Part shown: piece by piece, positions 1-8,782 of the stretch
Layout of the letters: each line of letters starts with the position of its first letter
Position numbering within the stretch: position 1 is the first letter of the stretch
IMG/VR virus record: IMGVR_UViG_2690315831_000002
DNA length: 37,164 nt
Source: a virus
Taxonomy: Duplodnaviria; Heunggongvirae; Uroviricota; Caudoviricetes
Direction: 5' to 3' (one strand)
Position numbers and translations under genes: made by a program
The notes under the pieces: generated by a model
Seen by the model: the letters and a program-made list of their open reading frames with translations, nothing else
Told to the model about the DNA's origin: nothing
Database searches by the model: none

Positions 1-1143
1 CTATGCTGTTTTGATATCTACGATAATCCAGTCTTTACCACGATCATCATTGTATCGGTCGGTCATTTTTCTGGATTTATGGCCTAACAACTTTTGCGTA
101 TCCAGACCCTGTTCCCGATATAACCGTTCTGAGAGAGATCGCTGCTCATGAAATGTGGGCGCAGTTCCTTGCTCCCATTTTATGCCACATTTTTCCCTGG
201 CCTTTTTAAAAGCCGTTGTCAGAGTATTTGCAGAAACCTGGTCTCCTCTGTTTGCTTGAGAGGTAGTGTGACGGTAATGGACCAGATATTTACTAACAAC
301 AGCATCCCTGCACTGAGATATAACTTCACGAAGGGTAATATTCAGAGCATCGCATTTCAGGTTAAGCGGAATAGCAAGTTTTGAACCGGTTTTTTCCTGA
401 GTAATGTGCAACATGTCGTCCCAGATATCAGAGAATTTGAAATTGCAGATATCACCTAAACGTTGTCCAGTAACAAGAGCAAGTAGCATGCCGCATTTTA
501 AATAGGGCTGCCGTCTGCTTACGCTTTCAAATATTGCCTGCCATTCGGGCAGTGACAATCTTTGGCGGTTTACTCGATTTCGCGGTTGTTTTGTTGCCTG
601 CGCTGGGTTAAATCCTGGCGGAACATGTCCTGCGTGTTGTGCTTCTTTGAAGACGTCGATCAACACCATTCTCACGACTTGCGCCATCCTGTTATGACCT
701 TCAGCCTTTACAGCATCAATTATTTCGGCAATATCAAGTGCGGTAATATCCTTGAGGTGTTGCATTCCACAATGCTCACGGAAAAGACGAATGGGTTTGC
801 CTTTTTGCCGATAGGAGTTGGGTCTTAGTTCATTATGTTGCAGCCTGTCCTCCTGGATAGAAATATATTTATCAAGCCATTCTGTCACCGTAATGTCTGA
901 GCGCCTGCCTTTCATTCTTTCCAGACGCTCATTGACGCTTAATATTTGTCGGGTACGTTGTTCAGCAATAATGGTATTTGCTTCAGTAGCAACTTGTTTT
1001 GCTTCATTCTCATCAGTTCCTAAGCTATGAAAACGACCGGATAGTGGATGTTTGTATTGCCAATATACCTTTCCGGTTCGCTTATCTAATTTGCAATATA
1101 AATTGGGTATAGAGATTTTGTGAGATCGGGGTCTAGCAGCCAT
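1..1143 (-). CDS. int: Tyrosine site-specific integrase (lambda Int family)
   Basis: Complete 380-aa ORF with its TAG stop at 1-3. The C-terminal catalytic region (HEQRSL...LLGHKS...RY) is typical of lambda-type integrases. It overlaps xis, as in lambdoid phages. Confidence 0.9.
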   Translation of the reverse strand: MAARPRSHKISIPNLYCKLDKRTGKVYWQYKHPLSGRFHSLGTDENEAKQVATEANTIIAEQRTRQILSVNERLERMKGRRSDITVTEWLDKYISIQEDRLQHNELRPNSYRQKGKPIRLFREHCGMQHLKDITALDIAEIIDAVKAEGHNRMAQVVRMVLIDVFKEAQHAGHVPPGFNPAQATKQPRNRVNRQRLSLPEWQAIFESVSRRQPYLKCGMLLALVTGQRLGDICNFKFSDIWDDMLHITQEKTGSKLAIPLNLKCDALNITLREVISQCRDAVVSKYLVHYRHTTSQANRGDQVSANTLTTAFKKAREKCGIKWEQGTAPTFHEQRSLSERLYREQGLDTQKLLGHKSRKMTDRYNDDRGKDWIIVDIKTA

Positions 1144-1369
1144 CAGCGATTATCCGTTGGAGTTTTGGGTTTGCGTTTATTGGGAGTTGCGGTTCTGCAA
1201 GCGTTCCTACAAAACGGGAATTTCGGTCAATCATCCAGTAGCGACCAACTTTTATAGCGGGTGGGGCCATCATTTTCCCTTGCGCGTATTTTTTCAGAAC
1301 TCGCTCACTTGGTGCTAAGTCCCCAAATTCTTCTTTAGCCCAGTCCTGTAAAGTGATTAGTCGAGACAT
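1133..1369 (-). CDS. xis: Excisionase
   Basis: 78 aa, overlapping the int start. The N-terminal pattern LITLQDW...PP.IK.GRYW resembles lambda Xis (LTLQEW...PPPVKDGREY). Confidence 0.75.
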   Translation of the reverse strand: MSRLITLQDWAKEEFGDLAPSERVLKKYAQGKMMAPPAIKVGRYWMIDRNSRFVGTLAEPQLPINANPKLQRIIADGC

Positions 1370-1508
1370 TTGTCCTCCTCTTAGCTGCTGAGGGAGTTTG
1401 TGACCGATATATCTGACATGATATTAAGCTCATGGCAGGTACATCTCTTGACTGGTCATAGAGATAAATTTAATGCTGAGAAATGCAGTATTGAATTTAT
1501 CAATTTTT

Positions 1509-1748
1509 CTATTTCCTGCGTATGGCACGTAACTTCTTAATGTGTTCTGCTGTATCGATCTCTTCGGCTATCCGCTCTGATTCCACTTTACTCACAGGTT
1601 CAAAGTCATGATTAAAGCGGAACATGCTGGCGATACATGTTCTGCCTTTTCGGATGTAGTGAACTTTGTTGTGAGTGGAACGCAGGATTTTGCAGGGAGT
1701 GCCGTGGTGGTCGACGTACCAGGTGTTAGGAAAAATGATTCTGAACAT
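1509..1748 (-). CDS. Hypothetical small early-left (b2/ea-region) protein
   Basis: 79-aa ORF in the leftward operon with coding-like composition. No motif recognised. Confidence 0.45.
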   Translation of the reverse strand: MFRIIFPNTWYVDHHGTPCKILRSTHNKVHYIRKGRTCIASMFRFNHDFEPVSKVESERIAEEIDTAEHIKKLRAIRRK

Positions 1749-1795
1749 TTTTACACCTCAGTTGGACGATGTTGAAATTTGCTGCTTTGAGGCCA

Positions 1796-2014
1796 TCACA
1801 ATCCCCATTGTTTGTTCTTAAGTTCGATCTCATCCTGGCAACTTGCACAAGTCCGACAACCCTGAACGGCCAGACGTCTTAGTTCATCTATCGGATCGCC
1901 ACACTCACAACAATGAGTGGCAGATATAGCCTGGTGGTTCAGGCGGTGCATTTTTATTGCTGTGTTGCGCTGTAATTCTTCAATTTCTGATGCTGAATCA
2001 ATGATGTCTGCCAT
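1796..2014 (-). CDS. DksA/TraR-type C4 zinc-finger protein
   Basis: 72 aa with two Cys pairs about 20 residues apart (CECG...CASC), the spacing of phage TraR/DksA-family zinc fingers. Confidence 0.65.
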   Translation of the reverse strand: MADIIDSASEIEELQRNTAIKMHRLNHQAISATHCCECGDPIDELRRLAVQGCRTCASCQDEIELKNKQWGL

Positions 2015-2068
2015 CTTCCATTAATCCCTGAATTGTTGGTTAATACGCTTGAGGGTGAATGCGAACAA

Positions 2069-2091
2069 TAAAAAAGGAGCCTGTAGCTCCC
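2069..2091 (-). terminator. Rho-independent terminator for leftward transcription
   Basis: On the minus strand, a GGAGC-tacag-GCTCC hairpin (2076-2080 / 2086-2090) is followed by T6 (plus-strand A run 2070-2075). Confidence 0.5.
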
Positions 2092-2112
2092 TGATGATTT
2101 TGCTTTTCATGT

Positions 2113-2328
2113 TCACCGTTCCTCAAAGACGCCGTTTAACATACCGATTGCCAGACTTAAGTGAGTCGGTGTGAATCCCATCAGCGTTACCGTTTCGCGG
2201 TGCTTCTTCAGTACGCTACGGCAAATGTCATCGACGTTTTTATCCGGAAACTGCTGTCTGGCTTTTTTGATTTCAGAATTAGCCTGACGGGCAATACTGC
2301 GAAGGGCGTTTTCCTGCTGATGTGTCAT
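2113..2328 (-). CDS. Small early-left protein in the lambda orf61 position
   Basis: ATG at 2328 (MTHQQENALR...). It sits upstream of the orf63/orf60a homologues. The longer track ORF (to 2394) overlaps the next gene and is less likely. Confidence 0.45.
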   Translation of the reverse strand: MTHQQENALRSIARQANSEIKKARQQFPDKNVDDICRSVLKKHRETVTLMGFTPTHLSLAIGMLNGVFEER

Positions 2329-2404
2329 TGAACAAGTCCCATGTCGGCAAGCATAAGCACACAGAATATGAAGCCCGCTGCCAGAAAAATGCATTCAGTG
2401 GTTG

Positions 2405-2596
2405 TCATACCTGGTCTCTCTCATCTGCTTCTGCTTTCGCCACCATCATTTCCAGCTTTTGTGAAAGGGATGCGGCTAACGTATGAAATTCTTCGTCTGT
2501 TTCTACTGGTATTGGCACAAACCTGACTCCAATTTGAGCGAGGCTATGTGCCATCTCAATGCTCGTTCTTAACTCAACAGGAGATGCTTTGTGCAT
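2405..2596 (-). CDS. Lambda orf63 homologue
   Basis: 63 aa ([23 protein letters not shown]...). I recognise it as near-identical to lambda orf63, in the same position next to exo. Confidence 0.6.
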   Translation of the reverse strand: MHKASPVELRTSIEMAHSLAQIGVRFVPIPVETDEEFHTLAASLSQKLEMMVAKAEADERDQV

Positions 2597-2751
2597 ACAG
2601 CTCCCCGTTTATTATTTATCTCCTCAGCCAGCCGCTGTGCTTTCAGGGGATTTCGGGTAACAGAAAGGCCGGGAAATACCCAGCCTCGCTTTGTAACGGA
2701 GTAGACGAAAGTGATCGCGCCTACCCGGATATTATCGTGAGGATGCTTCAT
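2569..2751 (-). CDS. Lambda orf60a homologue
   Basis: [19 protein letters not shown]... gives 60 aa from the second ATG. Position and sequence match lambda orf60a. Confidence 0.55.
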   Translation of the reverse strand: MKHPHDNIRVGAITFVYSVTKRGWVFPGLSVTRNPLKAQRLAEEINNKRGAVCTKHLLLS

Positions 2752-3428
2752 CGCCATTGCTCCCCAAATACAAAACCAATTTCAGCCAGTGCCTCGTCCA
2801 TTTTTTCGATGAACTCCGGCACCATCTCGTCAAAACTCGCCATGTAATTTTCATCCCGCTCAACCACGACATAATGCAGGCCTTCACGCTTCATTCGTGG
2901 GTCATAGTTGGCAAAGTACCAGGCATCTTTTCGTGTCACCCACATGCTGTACTGCACCTGGGCCATGTAAGCCGACTTTATGGCCTCGAAACCACCGAGC
3001 CGGAACTTCATGAAATCCCGGGAGGTAAACGGGCATTTCAGCTCAAGGCCATTGCCGTCACTGCATAAACCATCGGGAGAGCAGGCGGTGCGCATACTTT
3101 CGTCGCGATAGATGATCGGGGATTCAGTAACATTCACGCCGGAAGTGAATTCAAACAGGGTTCTGGCGTCGTTCTCGTACTGTTTTCCCCACGCCAGCGC
3201 CTTAGCATTAACTTCCGGAGCCACACCGGTGCAAACCTCAGCCAGCAGGGTGTGGAAGTAGGACATTTTCATGTCAGGCCACTTCTTTCCTGAGCGGGGC
3301 TTTGCTATCACGTTGTGAACTTCTGAAGCGGTGATGACGCCGAGCCGTAATTTGTGCCATGCATCATCCCCCTGTTCGACAGCTCTCACGTCGATCCCGG
3401 TACGCTGCAGGATAATGTCCGGTGTCAT
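2748..3428 (-). CDS. exo: Lambda exonuclease (Red alpha)
   Basis: 226 aa, essentially identical to lambda Exo ([36 protein letters not shown]...). Confidence 0.95.
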   Translation of the reverse strand: MTPDIILQRTGIDVRAVEQGDDAWHKLRLGVITASEVHNVIAKPRSGKKWPDMKMSYFHTLLAEVCTGVAPEVNAKALAWGKQYENDARTLFEFTSGVNVTESPIIYRDESMRTACSPDGLCSDGNGLELKCPFTSRDFMKFRLGGFEAIKSAYMAQVQYSMWVTRKDAWYFANYDPRMKREGLHYVVVERDENYMASFDEMVPEFIEKMDEALAEIGFVFGEQWR

Positions 3429-4210
3429 GCTGCCACCTTCTGCTCAGTGGCTTTCTGTTTCAGGAATCCAAGAGCTTTCACTGCTTCGGCCTGTGTCAGT
3501 TCTGACGATGCGCGAATGTCGCGGCGAAATATCTGGGAACAGAGCGGCAATAAGTCGTCATCCCATGTTTTGTCCAGGGCAATCAGCAGAGTGTTAATCT
3601 CCTGCATGGTTTCATCGTTAACCGGAGTGATGTCGCGTTCCGGCTGGCGTTCTGCAGTGTATGCGGTATTTTCGACAATGCGCTCGGCTTCATCCTTGTC
3701 ATAGATACCAGCAAATCCGAAGGCCAGGCGGGCACACTGAATCATGGCTTTATGCCGTAACATCCGTTTGGGATGCGACTGCCACGGGCCGGTGATTTCT
3801 CTGCCTTCGCGGGTTTTGAATGGTTCGCGTCGGCATTCATCCATCCACTCGGTAACGCAGATCGGATGATTACGGTCCTTGCGGTAAATCCGGCATGTAC
3901 AGGATTCATTGTCCTGCTCAAAGTCCATGCCATCAAACTGCTGGTTTTCATTGATGATGCGGGACCAGCCATCAACGCCCACCACCGGAACGATGCCGTT
4001 CTGCTTATCAGGGAAGGCGTAAATTTCTTTCGTCCACGGATTAAGGCCGTATTGGTTGGCGACGATCAGCAATGCGATGAACTGCGCATCGCTGGCATCG
4101 CCTTTAAATGCTGTCTGGCGAAGAGTGGTGATCAGTTCCTGTGGGTCGACAGAATCCATGCCGACACGTTCAGCCAGCTTCCCAGCCAGCGTTGCGAGTG
4201 CTGTACTCAT
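3425..4210 (-). CDS. bet: Red beta single-strand annealing protein
   Basis: 261 aa, near-identical to lambda Bet ([37 protein letters not shown]...). It overlaps exo by 4 nt. Confidence 0.95.
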   Translation of the reverse strand: MSTALATLAGKLAERVGMDSVDPQELITTLRQTAFKGDASDAQFIALLIVANQYGLNPWTKEIYAFPDKQNGIVPVVGVDGWSRIINENQQFDGMDFEQDNESCTCRIYRKDRNHPICVTEWMDECRREPFKTREGREITGPWQSHPKRMLRHKAMIQCARLAFGFAGIYDKDEAERIVENTAYTAERQPERDITPVNDETMQEINTLLIALDKTWDDDLLPLCSQIFRRDIRASSELTQAEAVKALGFLKQKATEQKVAA

Positions 4211-4215
4211 CCGTT

Positions 4216-4512
4216 TTATACCTCTGAATCAATATCAACCTGGTGGTGAGCAATGGTTTCAACCATGTACCGGATGTGTTCTGCCATGCGCTCCTGAAAC
4301 TCAACATCGTCATCAAACGCACGGGTAATGGCTTTTTTGCTGGCCCCGTGACGTTGCAAATGATCGATGCAGAGTGATTCAAACAGGTGCTGGGGCAGAC
4401 CTTTTTCCATGTCGTCTGCCAGTTCTGCCTCTTTCTCTTCACGGGCGATCTGCTGGTAGTGACGCGCCCAGCTCTGAGCCTCAAGACGATCCTGAATGTA
4501 ATAAGCGTTCAT
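4216..4512 (-). CDS. gam: Gam RecBCD inhibitor (98-aa form)
   Basis: [21 protein letters not shown]...[10 protein letters not shown], near-identical to lambda Gam. Confidence 0.95.
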   Translation of the reverse strand: MNAYYIQDRLEAQSWARHYQQIAREEKEAELADDMEKGLPQHLFESLCIDHLQRHGASKKAITRAFDDDVEFQERMAEHIRYMVETIAHHQVDIDSEV

Positions 4513-4587
4513 GGCTGAACTCCTGAAAATGGCTGTGAAAATATCGCCCGCGAAATGCCAGGCTGATTAGGAAAACAGGAAAGGGGA

Positions 4588-4998
4588 TTAGTGATTCAGG
4601 CCGTTACCGCGTCCGTCGAGAAAAACTTCCACGAGCAAATCACGGGTATAAGTGCGCTCGATGCCGCGATGCAGATATAGCCGTCCGCGTAAATTAGCTG
4701 ATGCAGTCCAGGTACCATCTTTGTGTTTGACCAGCATTCCTGGCATGACCGCACCTCGATTAACGGTCTGCGTTCCGTAATGTTGATGAACCATAAAAAC
4801 TCCTGCCCGTAAGCTGGGCTGCTGAACATATAGAGACTTCTGCGCGTATTCAGGCGGTGGATGGCCGCCGGTTGTCATAACTAAGTCGCCTCGTTGAAGC
4901 GACTGAGGTATGAAGTGTTGAGTTGATTTCAGCTGGTCACACCGACGTTCACGCGTCCGCTTCACCCCTCGCACTCCCCGGAGCCTGCTGAAATTCAA
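4588..4998 (-). CDS. Hypothetical first gene of the leftward early operon; start uncertain (TTG 4998 or ATG 4878)
   Basis: This is the only ORF between pL/OL and gam. The TTG-initiated form has an Arg-rich N-terminus ([15 protein letters not shown]). No similarity to lambda or phage 21 N, kil or cIII was recognised. Confidence 0.35.
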   Translation of the reverse strand: MNFSRLRGVRGVKRTRERRCDQLKSTQHFIPQSLQRGDLVMTTGGHPPPEYAQKSLYVQQPSLRAGVFMVHQHYGTQTVNRGAVMPGMLVKHKDGTWTASANLRGRLYLHRGIERTYTRDLLVEVFLDGRGNGLNH

Positions 4999-5061
4999 GC
5001 TGCGGATCTAAGCGGTCATCGCAACGGTGAAGTTATAAATTTTGTGATACCAACATCGATG

Positions 5062-5110
5062 CAATAGCATGACAATAGCAATAGCTATTGGTGTGGTCAA
5101 TAGCAATTAG
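5062..5110 (-). promoter_or_regulatory. Putative OL operator cluster with pL
   Basis: Heptamer CAATAGC occurs at 5062, 5073, 5079 and 5098, including the perfect 12-bp palindrome CAATAGCTATTG at 5079-5090. On the minus strand, TTGACC (5100-5095), a 17-nt spacer and TATTGT (5077-5072) form a promoter. The same heptamer recurs between cI and cro. Confidence 0.55.
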
Positions 5111-5350
5111 TATTGATAATGTTTGATATACTTGTTCTGATTGATAATTAAATGAATTTTTATAAAAAAGAGTATGAAGACTTATTGGTGTGGCTGAAAT
5201 TTGTACAGCTTTAATGTGCCTCGTGACAGAGGGGCATCGGGTTGTGGTGAGCTCGGTAGGTTGGCAGCAAATTTAATCGAATATTGGTAGTCTGAGTTCT
5301 TATGTGTATTTTTTTAGTCAGTTGCTAAATGATACATAAATGACTTATTA

Positions 5351-5375
5351 GCCCCGCCATCGCTTTGTACGGGGC
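5351..5375 (-). terminator. Hairpin immediately 3' of the SIR2-like gene (tImm-like position)
   Basis: GCCCCG (5351-5356) pairs with CGGGGC (5370-5375) around a 13-nt loop. The U-tract on the minus strand is weak; the plus strand has GTTTATTT after the hairpin. Confidence 0.35.
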
Positions 5376-5381
5376 GTTTAT

Positions 5382-6989
5382 TTAATTTATCTTTTCAACA
5401 TTTCCATGAATCAACAAGTCGTAGGCAAGAAATAGTTTCCTATACTGGGTTTTTAAATTGTCAACGTCGCATGCCTTGAATTGAACAAACGCTTCTTTTT
5501 TAACATAATCTTCAATCTCCTCTTTGGGGATATTTTTTATGTTCTTAATGACTATAGACAATTCTTTGTACTTTTTGAACGTTGCATCCTTTATATCTTT
5601 GATGTTGGTGTAAATTTTATTTGCATTGATTTTATCTAAGGTGATTTTATTGAGCAAGTCGTCTAGTTTTCCGTGGCGTTCAATGCGTTGATTTAGTTTT
5701 AACACATATTTAGCTGGCAAACTTAACTCTTTCAAATTACATGAGGTTATAGTTTTTGAAAATGGAAGTTGTAATGAGTTTACTGAACCTAATATGAAAT
5801 CTATGGCTAATTTATTAGATATTTCATTTTTATTAAATAAGTAGTCTTCAAGATAATTTATTTCTTTAACTTGTGTGAATACATACTTTTTATCGCCTAG
5901 AGCAACAACTAAATTTTTTCCTTGTTTAACACTTTCTTCAAGTCTGTCTAAGTCAGAAGGTGAAACCAATAGAGTATCTAAGTGCCCTTTTTCACCCTCA
6001 TTAATGATAAGTGTTTTAATGGCTCTTTGATACCTTAAAACATCATAAGGTGAGAGCCCTTCATCAACAGCACTGATCTCATCATAGATCTGTTTATAGT
6101 TATCTGTTTTAACAGATGTATATGTAATTTGTAGCTGTTGATCGGTAATCTGTTTTGGTACTACTTCCTGTTCATTCTCTTTATATTCAATCAAAATTAT
6201 TCTTTCAGCTGATTTTCGACCATCTTCTCTAGGTAGTTGTGAGGAAAAATCAGAAAGAAGTTTCTTTACATTCCTGTCAGTTAAAGAATATCCAAGAAAA
6301 ACTATTGGATTTTTAATCATGTTAGATAGTATCTTGGCACTAATGAGTATAGATTTGTTGTCATATTTTTCGTAATCATCTTTATTTATGATTATTGAGT
6401 GTGGATCCTTTATATCACCATGTATTTTGTATAACTCACTCCAGCCAATAGTATCTTCGAAAAAACCATTATTTCCAATATAGAGTTTTGGAATTACATT
6501 TTGCTCTTGAAGTAAATTTTCTATGAAAGCATCATAATTTGTAGTGATGATTATCTTGGCCTTTTTTATTAATGTTTTAAATGATGCTAATTCATCAAGA
6601 TTTACATCCTTTCTGATTGTGTTATTAGAAAATCTTTGGCATATGGCGTATTTAAATGGTGAAATATCTTCACTAAAAACCCTCTTGGCATCTAGTCCAT
6701 TTAATTTTAATTTGCCAGTCCTAAACAATAGATTGTAATCATTTTCAATTTTACTTGCTGCCTCTGTATAAATCTTATGATCGATATCATTATCACTGTT
6801 ATTTTTATGTGATTCTTTTATTGTTAAAAGATAACTATAGAAATCATTTGTGGGATTTGTTATTTTCCAATACTCGTTTAATAGCTCTTCCCACGTTGGG
6901 TAGTTCTCTAAATATCTTTTTGAAATGCCTGAGCCAATAAAGACTATTGGGTAATTTTTGAATTCAAAATTTTTTTTTGACATATCCAT
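5382..6989 (-). CDS. SIR2-family (SIR2_2-like) protein with an uncharacterised ~260-aa C-terminal domain; candidate NAD+-dependent defence effector
   Basis: 535 aa in a low-GC island. The ordered SIR2_2 motifs are VFIGSGIS (aa 16-23), TTNYD (149-153), KIHGD (188-192) and FLGYSLTD (231-238). It lies between OL and cI on the cI strand, the lambda rexAB slot. Confidence 0.75.
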   Translation of the reverse strand: MDMSKKNFEFKNYPIVFIGSGISKRYLENYPTWEELLNEYWKITNPTNDFYSYLLTIKESHKNNSDNDIDHKIYTEAASKIENDYNLLFRTGKLKLNGLDAKRVFSEDISPFKYAICQRFSNNTIRKDVNLDELASFKTLIKKAKIIITTNYDAFIENLLQEQNVIPKLYIGNNGFFEDTIGWSELYKIHGDIKDPHSIIINKDDYEKYDNKSILISAKILSNMIKNPIVFLGYSLTDRNVKKLLSDFSSQLPREDGRKSAERIILIEYKENEQEVVPKQITDQQLQITYTSVKTDNYKQIYDEISAVDEGLSPYDVLRYQRAIKTLIINEGEKGHLDTLLVSPSDLDRLEESVKQGKNLVVALGDKKYVFTQVKEINYLEDYLFNKNEISNKLAIDFILGSVNSLQLPFSKTITSCNLKELSLPAKYVLKLNQRIERHGKLDDLLNKITLDKINANKIYTNIKDIKDATFKKYKELSIVIKNIKNIPKEEIEDYVKKEAFVQFKACDVDNLKTQYRKLFLAYDLLIHGNVEKIN

Positions 6990-7025
6990 ATACCTTAAGC
7001 TCTGCTTGAAACATCCATTCTATAA

Positions 7026-7054
7026 ATTATGAGGATGTCAGCATGTCTCACCAA
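7026..7054 (-). promoter_or_regulatory. Possible dedicated promoter for the SIR2-like gene
   Basis: Minus strand: TTGGTG (7054-7049), a 17-nt spacer, then CATAAT (7031-7026), in the 106-bp cI-SIR2 gap. Sequence pattern only. Confidence 0.25.
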
Positions 7055-7095
7055 AACATCATCTGGTTATCTTGATGAAATCTGTCATTAATAAT

Positions 7096-7788
7096 CTACC
7101 CATGTTTTCTATATGTCTGTGGCATGCTCCCAATAACTTTCCCAAATATAAATACCCGATTCATTTCGTCTTTTTCTATCGGGTCCCACGGTGAGTAGCT
7201 CTTGTTATCAGAGATAACCAGCAGCTTATCCTTCATCATTTGCAGGCGCTTTACATGGGCTGTGTCGTCGTACAGAAACGCATAGATACCATCACCGTCG
7301 AAAGATTTAACAGTGATATCAACGAACAGAAGATCACCTGGTTCGATCGTTCCTGACATGCTGTCACCGCGTACGTTAATGATGCGGATATTTTCTGCCT
7401 TCCTGCCATCGAACATGTGACGAGCATCGTCAAACGAGTACTCAACCGAGCGTAGGACTTCTACAAACTCACGGTTGATGACACCCGGCCCAGCACTGAC
7501 TTCTATATCAAGAACGTCAATTTTGAAGTATTTGGAATGGTTGACAGCAGGCTTCCCTGATTGTTGACCGTCATTTCTCATCGGGCCTATGCCTGATGAG
7601 AGCCACTCTGTTCGAACACCCAATGCATTAGCTATTTCAACAATTTTTGTTGAGCCGCGTGCGTTGCCGCTTGTCAGTCTCCAGATTGTGGGTTGAGCTA
7701 CGCCAGACGCCTTTGCAAGAGCGCCTTGAGACATTCCAGATTGTTCCATCGCTAGGTTTAAGCGATCAGCAAGAGTTTCTTTTTTCAT
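7096..7788 (-). CDS. cI: CI-type prophage repressor (N-terminal HTH + C-terminal S24/LexA-like autopeptidase)
   Basis: The HTH is GMSQGALAKASGVAQPTIWRL. S24 signatures are GDSMSGTIEPGDLLFVD and HVKRL. ATG 7788 is preferred over the track's TTG 7824, which would overlap operator-like repeats. Confidence 0.85.
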   Translation of the reverse strand: MKKETLADRLNLAMEQSGMSQGALAKASGVAQPTIWRLTSGNARGSTKIVEIANALGVRTEWLSSGIGPMRNDGQQSGKPAVNHSKYFKIDVLDIEVSAGPGVINREFVEVLRSVEYSFDDARHMFDGRKAENIRIINVRGDSMSGTIEPGDLLFVDITVKSFDGDGIYAFLYDDTAHVKRLQMMKDKLLVISDNKSYSPWDPIEKDEMNRVFIFGKVIGSMPQTYRKHG

Positions 7789-7795
7789 AAGTTTT

Positions 7796-7895
7796 AATTT
7801 ATACGCTTGCGTATTGATGGTCAAAACACGTTTTGCTATTGATTGGATTAATACGCATTGCTATTATCCATTCATTGTAATACCAATAGGAATTG
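7796..7895. promoter_or_regulatory. Putative OR operator cluster with divergent PRM-like and pR-like promoters
   Basis: TTGC(G)TATTG-type repeats lie at 7807-7816, 7833-7841 and 7858-7866 (~25-bp spacing), with an inverted copy CAATAGG at 7884-7890. ATACGC-tt-GCGTAT is an inverted repeat at 7801-7814. Plus strand: TTGATT (7839-7844), 17 nt, TATTAT (7862-7867). Minus strand: TTGACC (7824-7819), 17 nt, TAAATT (7801-7796), ending 7 nt before the cI ATG, so the cI mRNA would be near-leaderless. Confidence 0.55.
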
Positions 7896-7898
7896 ATA

Positions 7899-8126
7899 AT
7901 GACAAATCAAACCATTCAACTCGCAATCAGTATTACAGGTAGTCAAAAACGACTGGCAGATCTATGCGGTGTAGCCCAGCCCACTGTTTGGCGTTGGCTA
8001 CACGGTGGCGGAATTGATGCCCGCTATGTAATGAAAATTGTCTCAGCCACTGGTGGAAAGATTAAACCAGCAGATATTCGTCCCGACCTTGCACCATTGT
8101 TTAACGCGAGTAATTCTGCCGCCTAA
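7899..8126 (+). CDS. cro: Cro/YdaS-type HTH regulator
   Basis: 75 aa from ATG 7899, with AGGA 8 nt upstream. The HTH is SQKRLADLCGVAQPTVWRWL. It is divergent from cI. Confidence 0.75.
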   Translation: MTNQTIQLAISITGSQKRLADLCGVAQPTVWRWLHGGGIDARYVMKIVSATGGKIKPADIRPDLAPLFNASNSAA

Positions 8127-8150
8127 ACTGCGGCGTTAACTGATAAGGCA

Positions 8151-8696
8151 ATGACTATGCAACCACTTACATACCAACAGACTAGCGGATTTAGCCCGAC
8201 TGCGGTGATAAATCGTTCTCAAATAAAACAGGTGCCAGGCCACGAAAAAATCCGTGATGCCGTTCGCGCGTGGTCGGCTGCAGATAATCAGGATGTTGTT
8301 GCCGCACTCATTGTGAATGAGTATCGGGAGCAGGGCGGCGGCACCATCGATTTCCCTGATGATGTCAGCCGTGCACGCCAGAAGCTGTTCCGCTTCCTCG
8401 ATAACAAATTCGATTCTGAAAAATACCGAAATAACGTGCGTGAACTGACCCCGGCAATTCTGGCGGTACTACCGCTGGAATATCGCGGCCACCTGGTTGA
8501 GCAGGATAGCTTCATGGCTCGGCTGGCTGAAATGGAAAAGGAACTCTGTGAGGCAAAGCAGGCGGTCATTCTCAACGCACCACGCCACCAGAAACTGAAG
8601 GAAATGAGTGAAGGTATTGTGTCGATGTTTCGTGTGGACCCGGATCTGGCTGGTCCATTAATGGCGATGGTTACCACCATGCTGGGGGCAATATGA
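8151..8696 (+). CDS. CII-position protein, possibly YdaT-like
   Basis: 181 aa between cro and O. It does not resemble lambda CII. The YdaT-like call rests on position and my general impression, not on a defined motif. Confidence 0.4.
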   Translation: MTMQPLTYQQTSGFSPTAVINRSQIKQVPGHEKIRDAVRAWSAADNQDVVAALIVNEYREQGGGTIDFPDDVSRARQKLFRFLDNKFDSEKYRNNVRELTPAILAVLPLEYRGHLVEQDSFMARLAEMEKELCEAKQAVILNAPRHQKLKEMSEGIVSMFRVDPDLAGPLMAMVTTMLGAI

Positions 8697-8782
8697 CAGG
8701 TTCAGAAATGGCGAAAGCCGGTCTGCGGGAACAGAGCCGACTTTCAGGTGCAAATCGTAACGCACTCATTGCGGAAGGAATT

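Noticed and set aside
148-1030. Plus-strand ORFs 148-384, 562-828 and 818-1030 inside the integrase gene
   Set aside because: They are antisense shadows of a high-confidence 380-aa int ORF, with Cys/Leu/Ser-rich low-complexity translations and no motifs.
4990-5060. Possible nutL (minus-strand CGCTTAGA resembling boxA CGCTCTTA)
   Set aside because: It is only a partial boxA match, and I could not find a convincing boxB hairpin next to it.
5382-6989. Interpretation of the SIR2 protein as Thoeris ThsA, SIR2-HerA or a DSR1/DSR2 homologue
   Set aside because: No TIR (ThsB), HerA or other partner ORF is adjacent. cI lies on one side and non-coding DNA on the other. At 535 aa it is about half the size of DSR proteins. 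A ThsA-like SLOG C-terminus cannot be excluded without a profile search.
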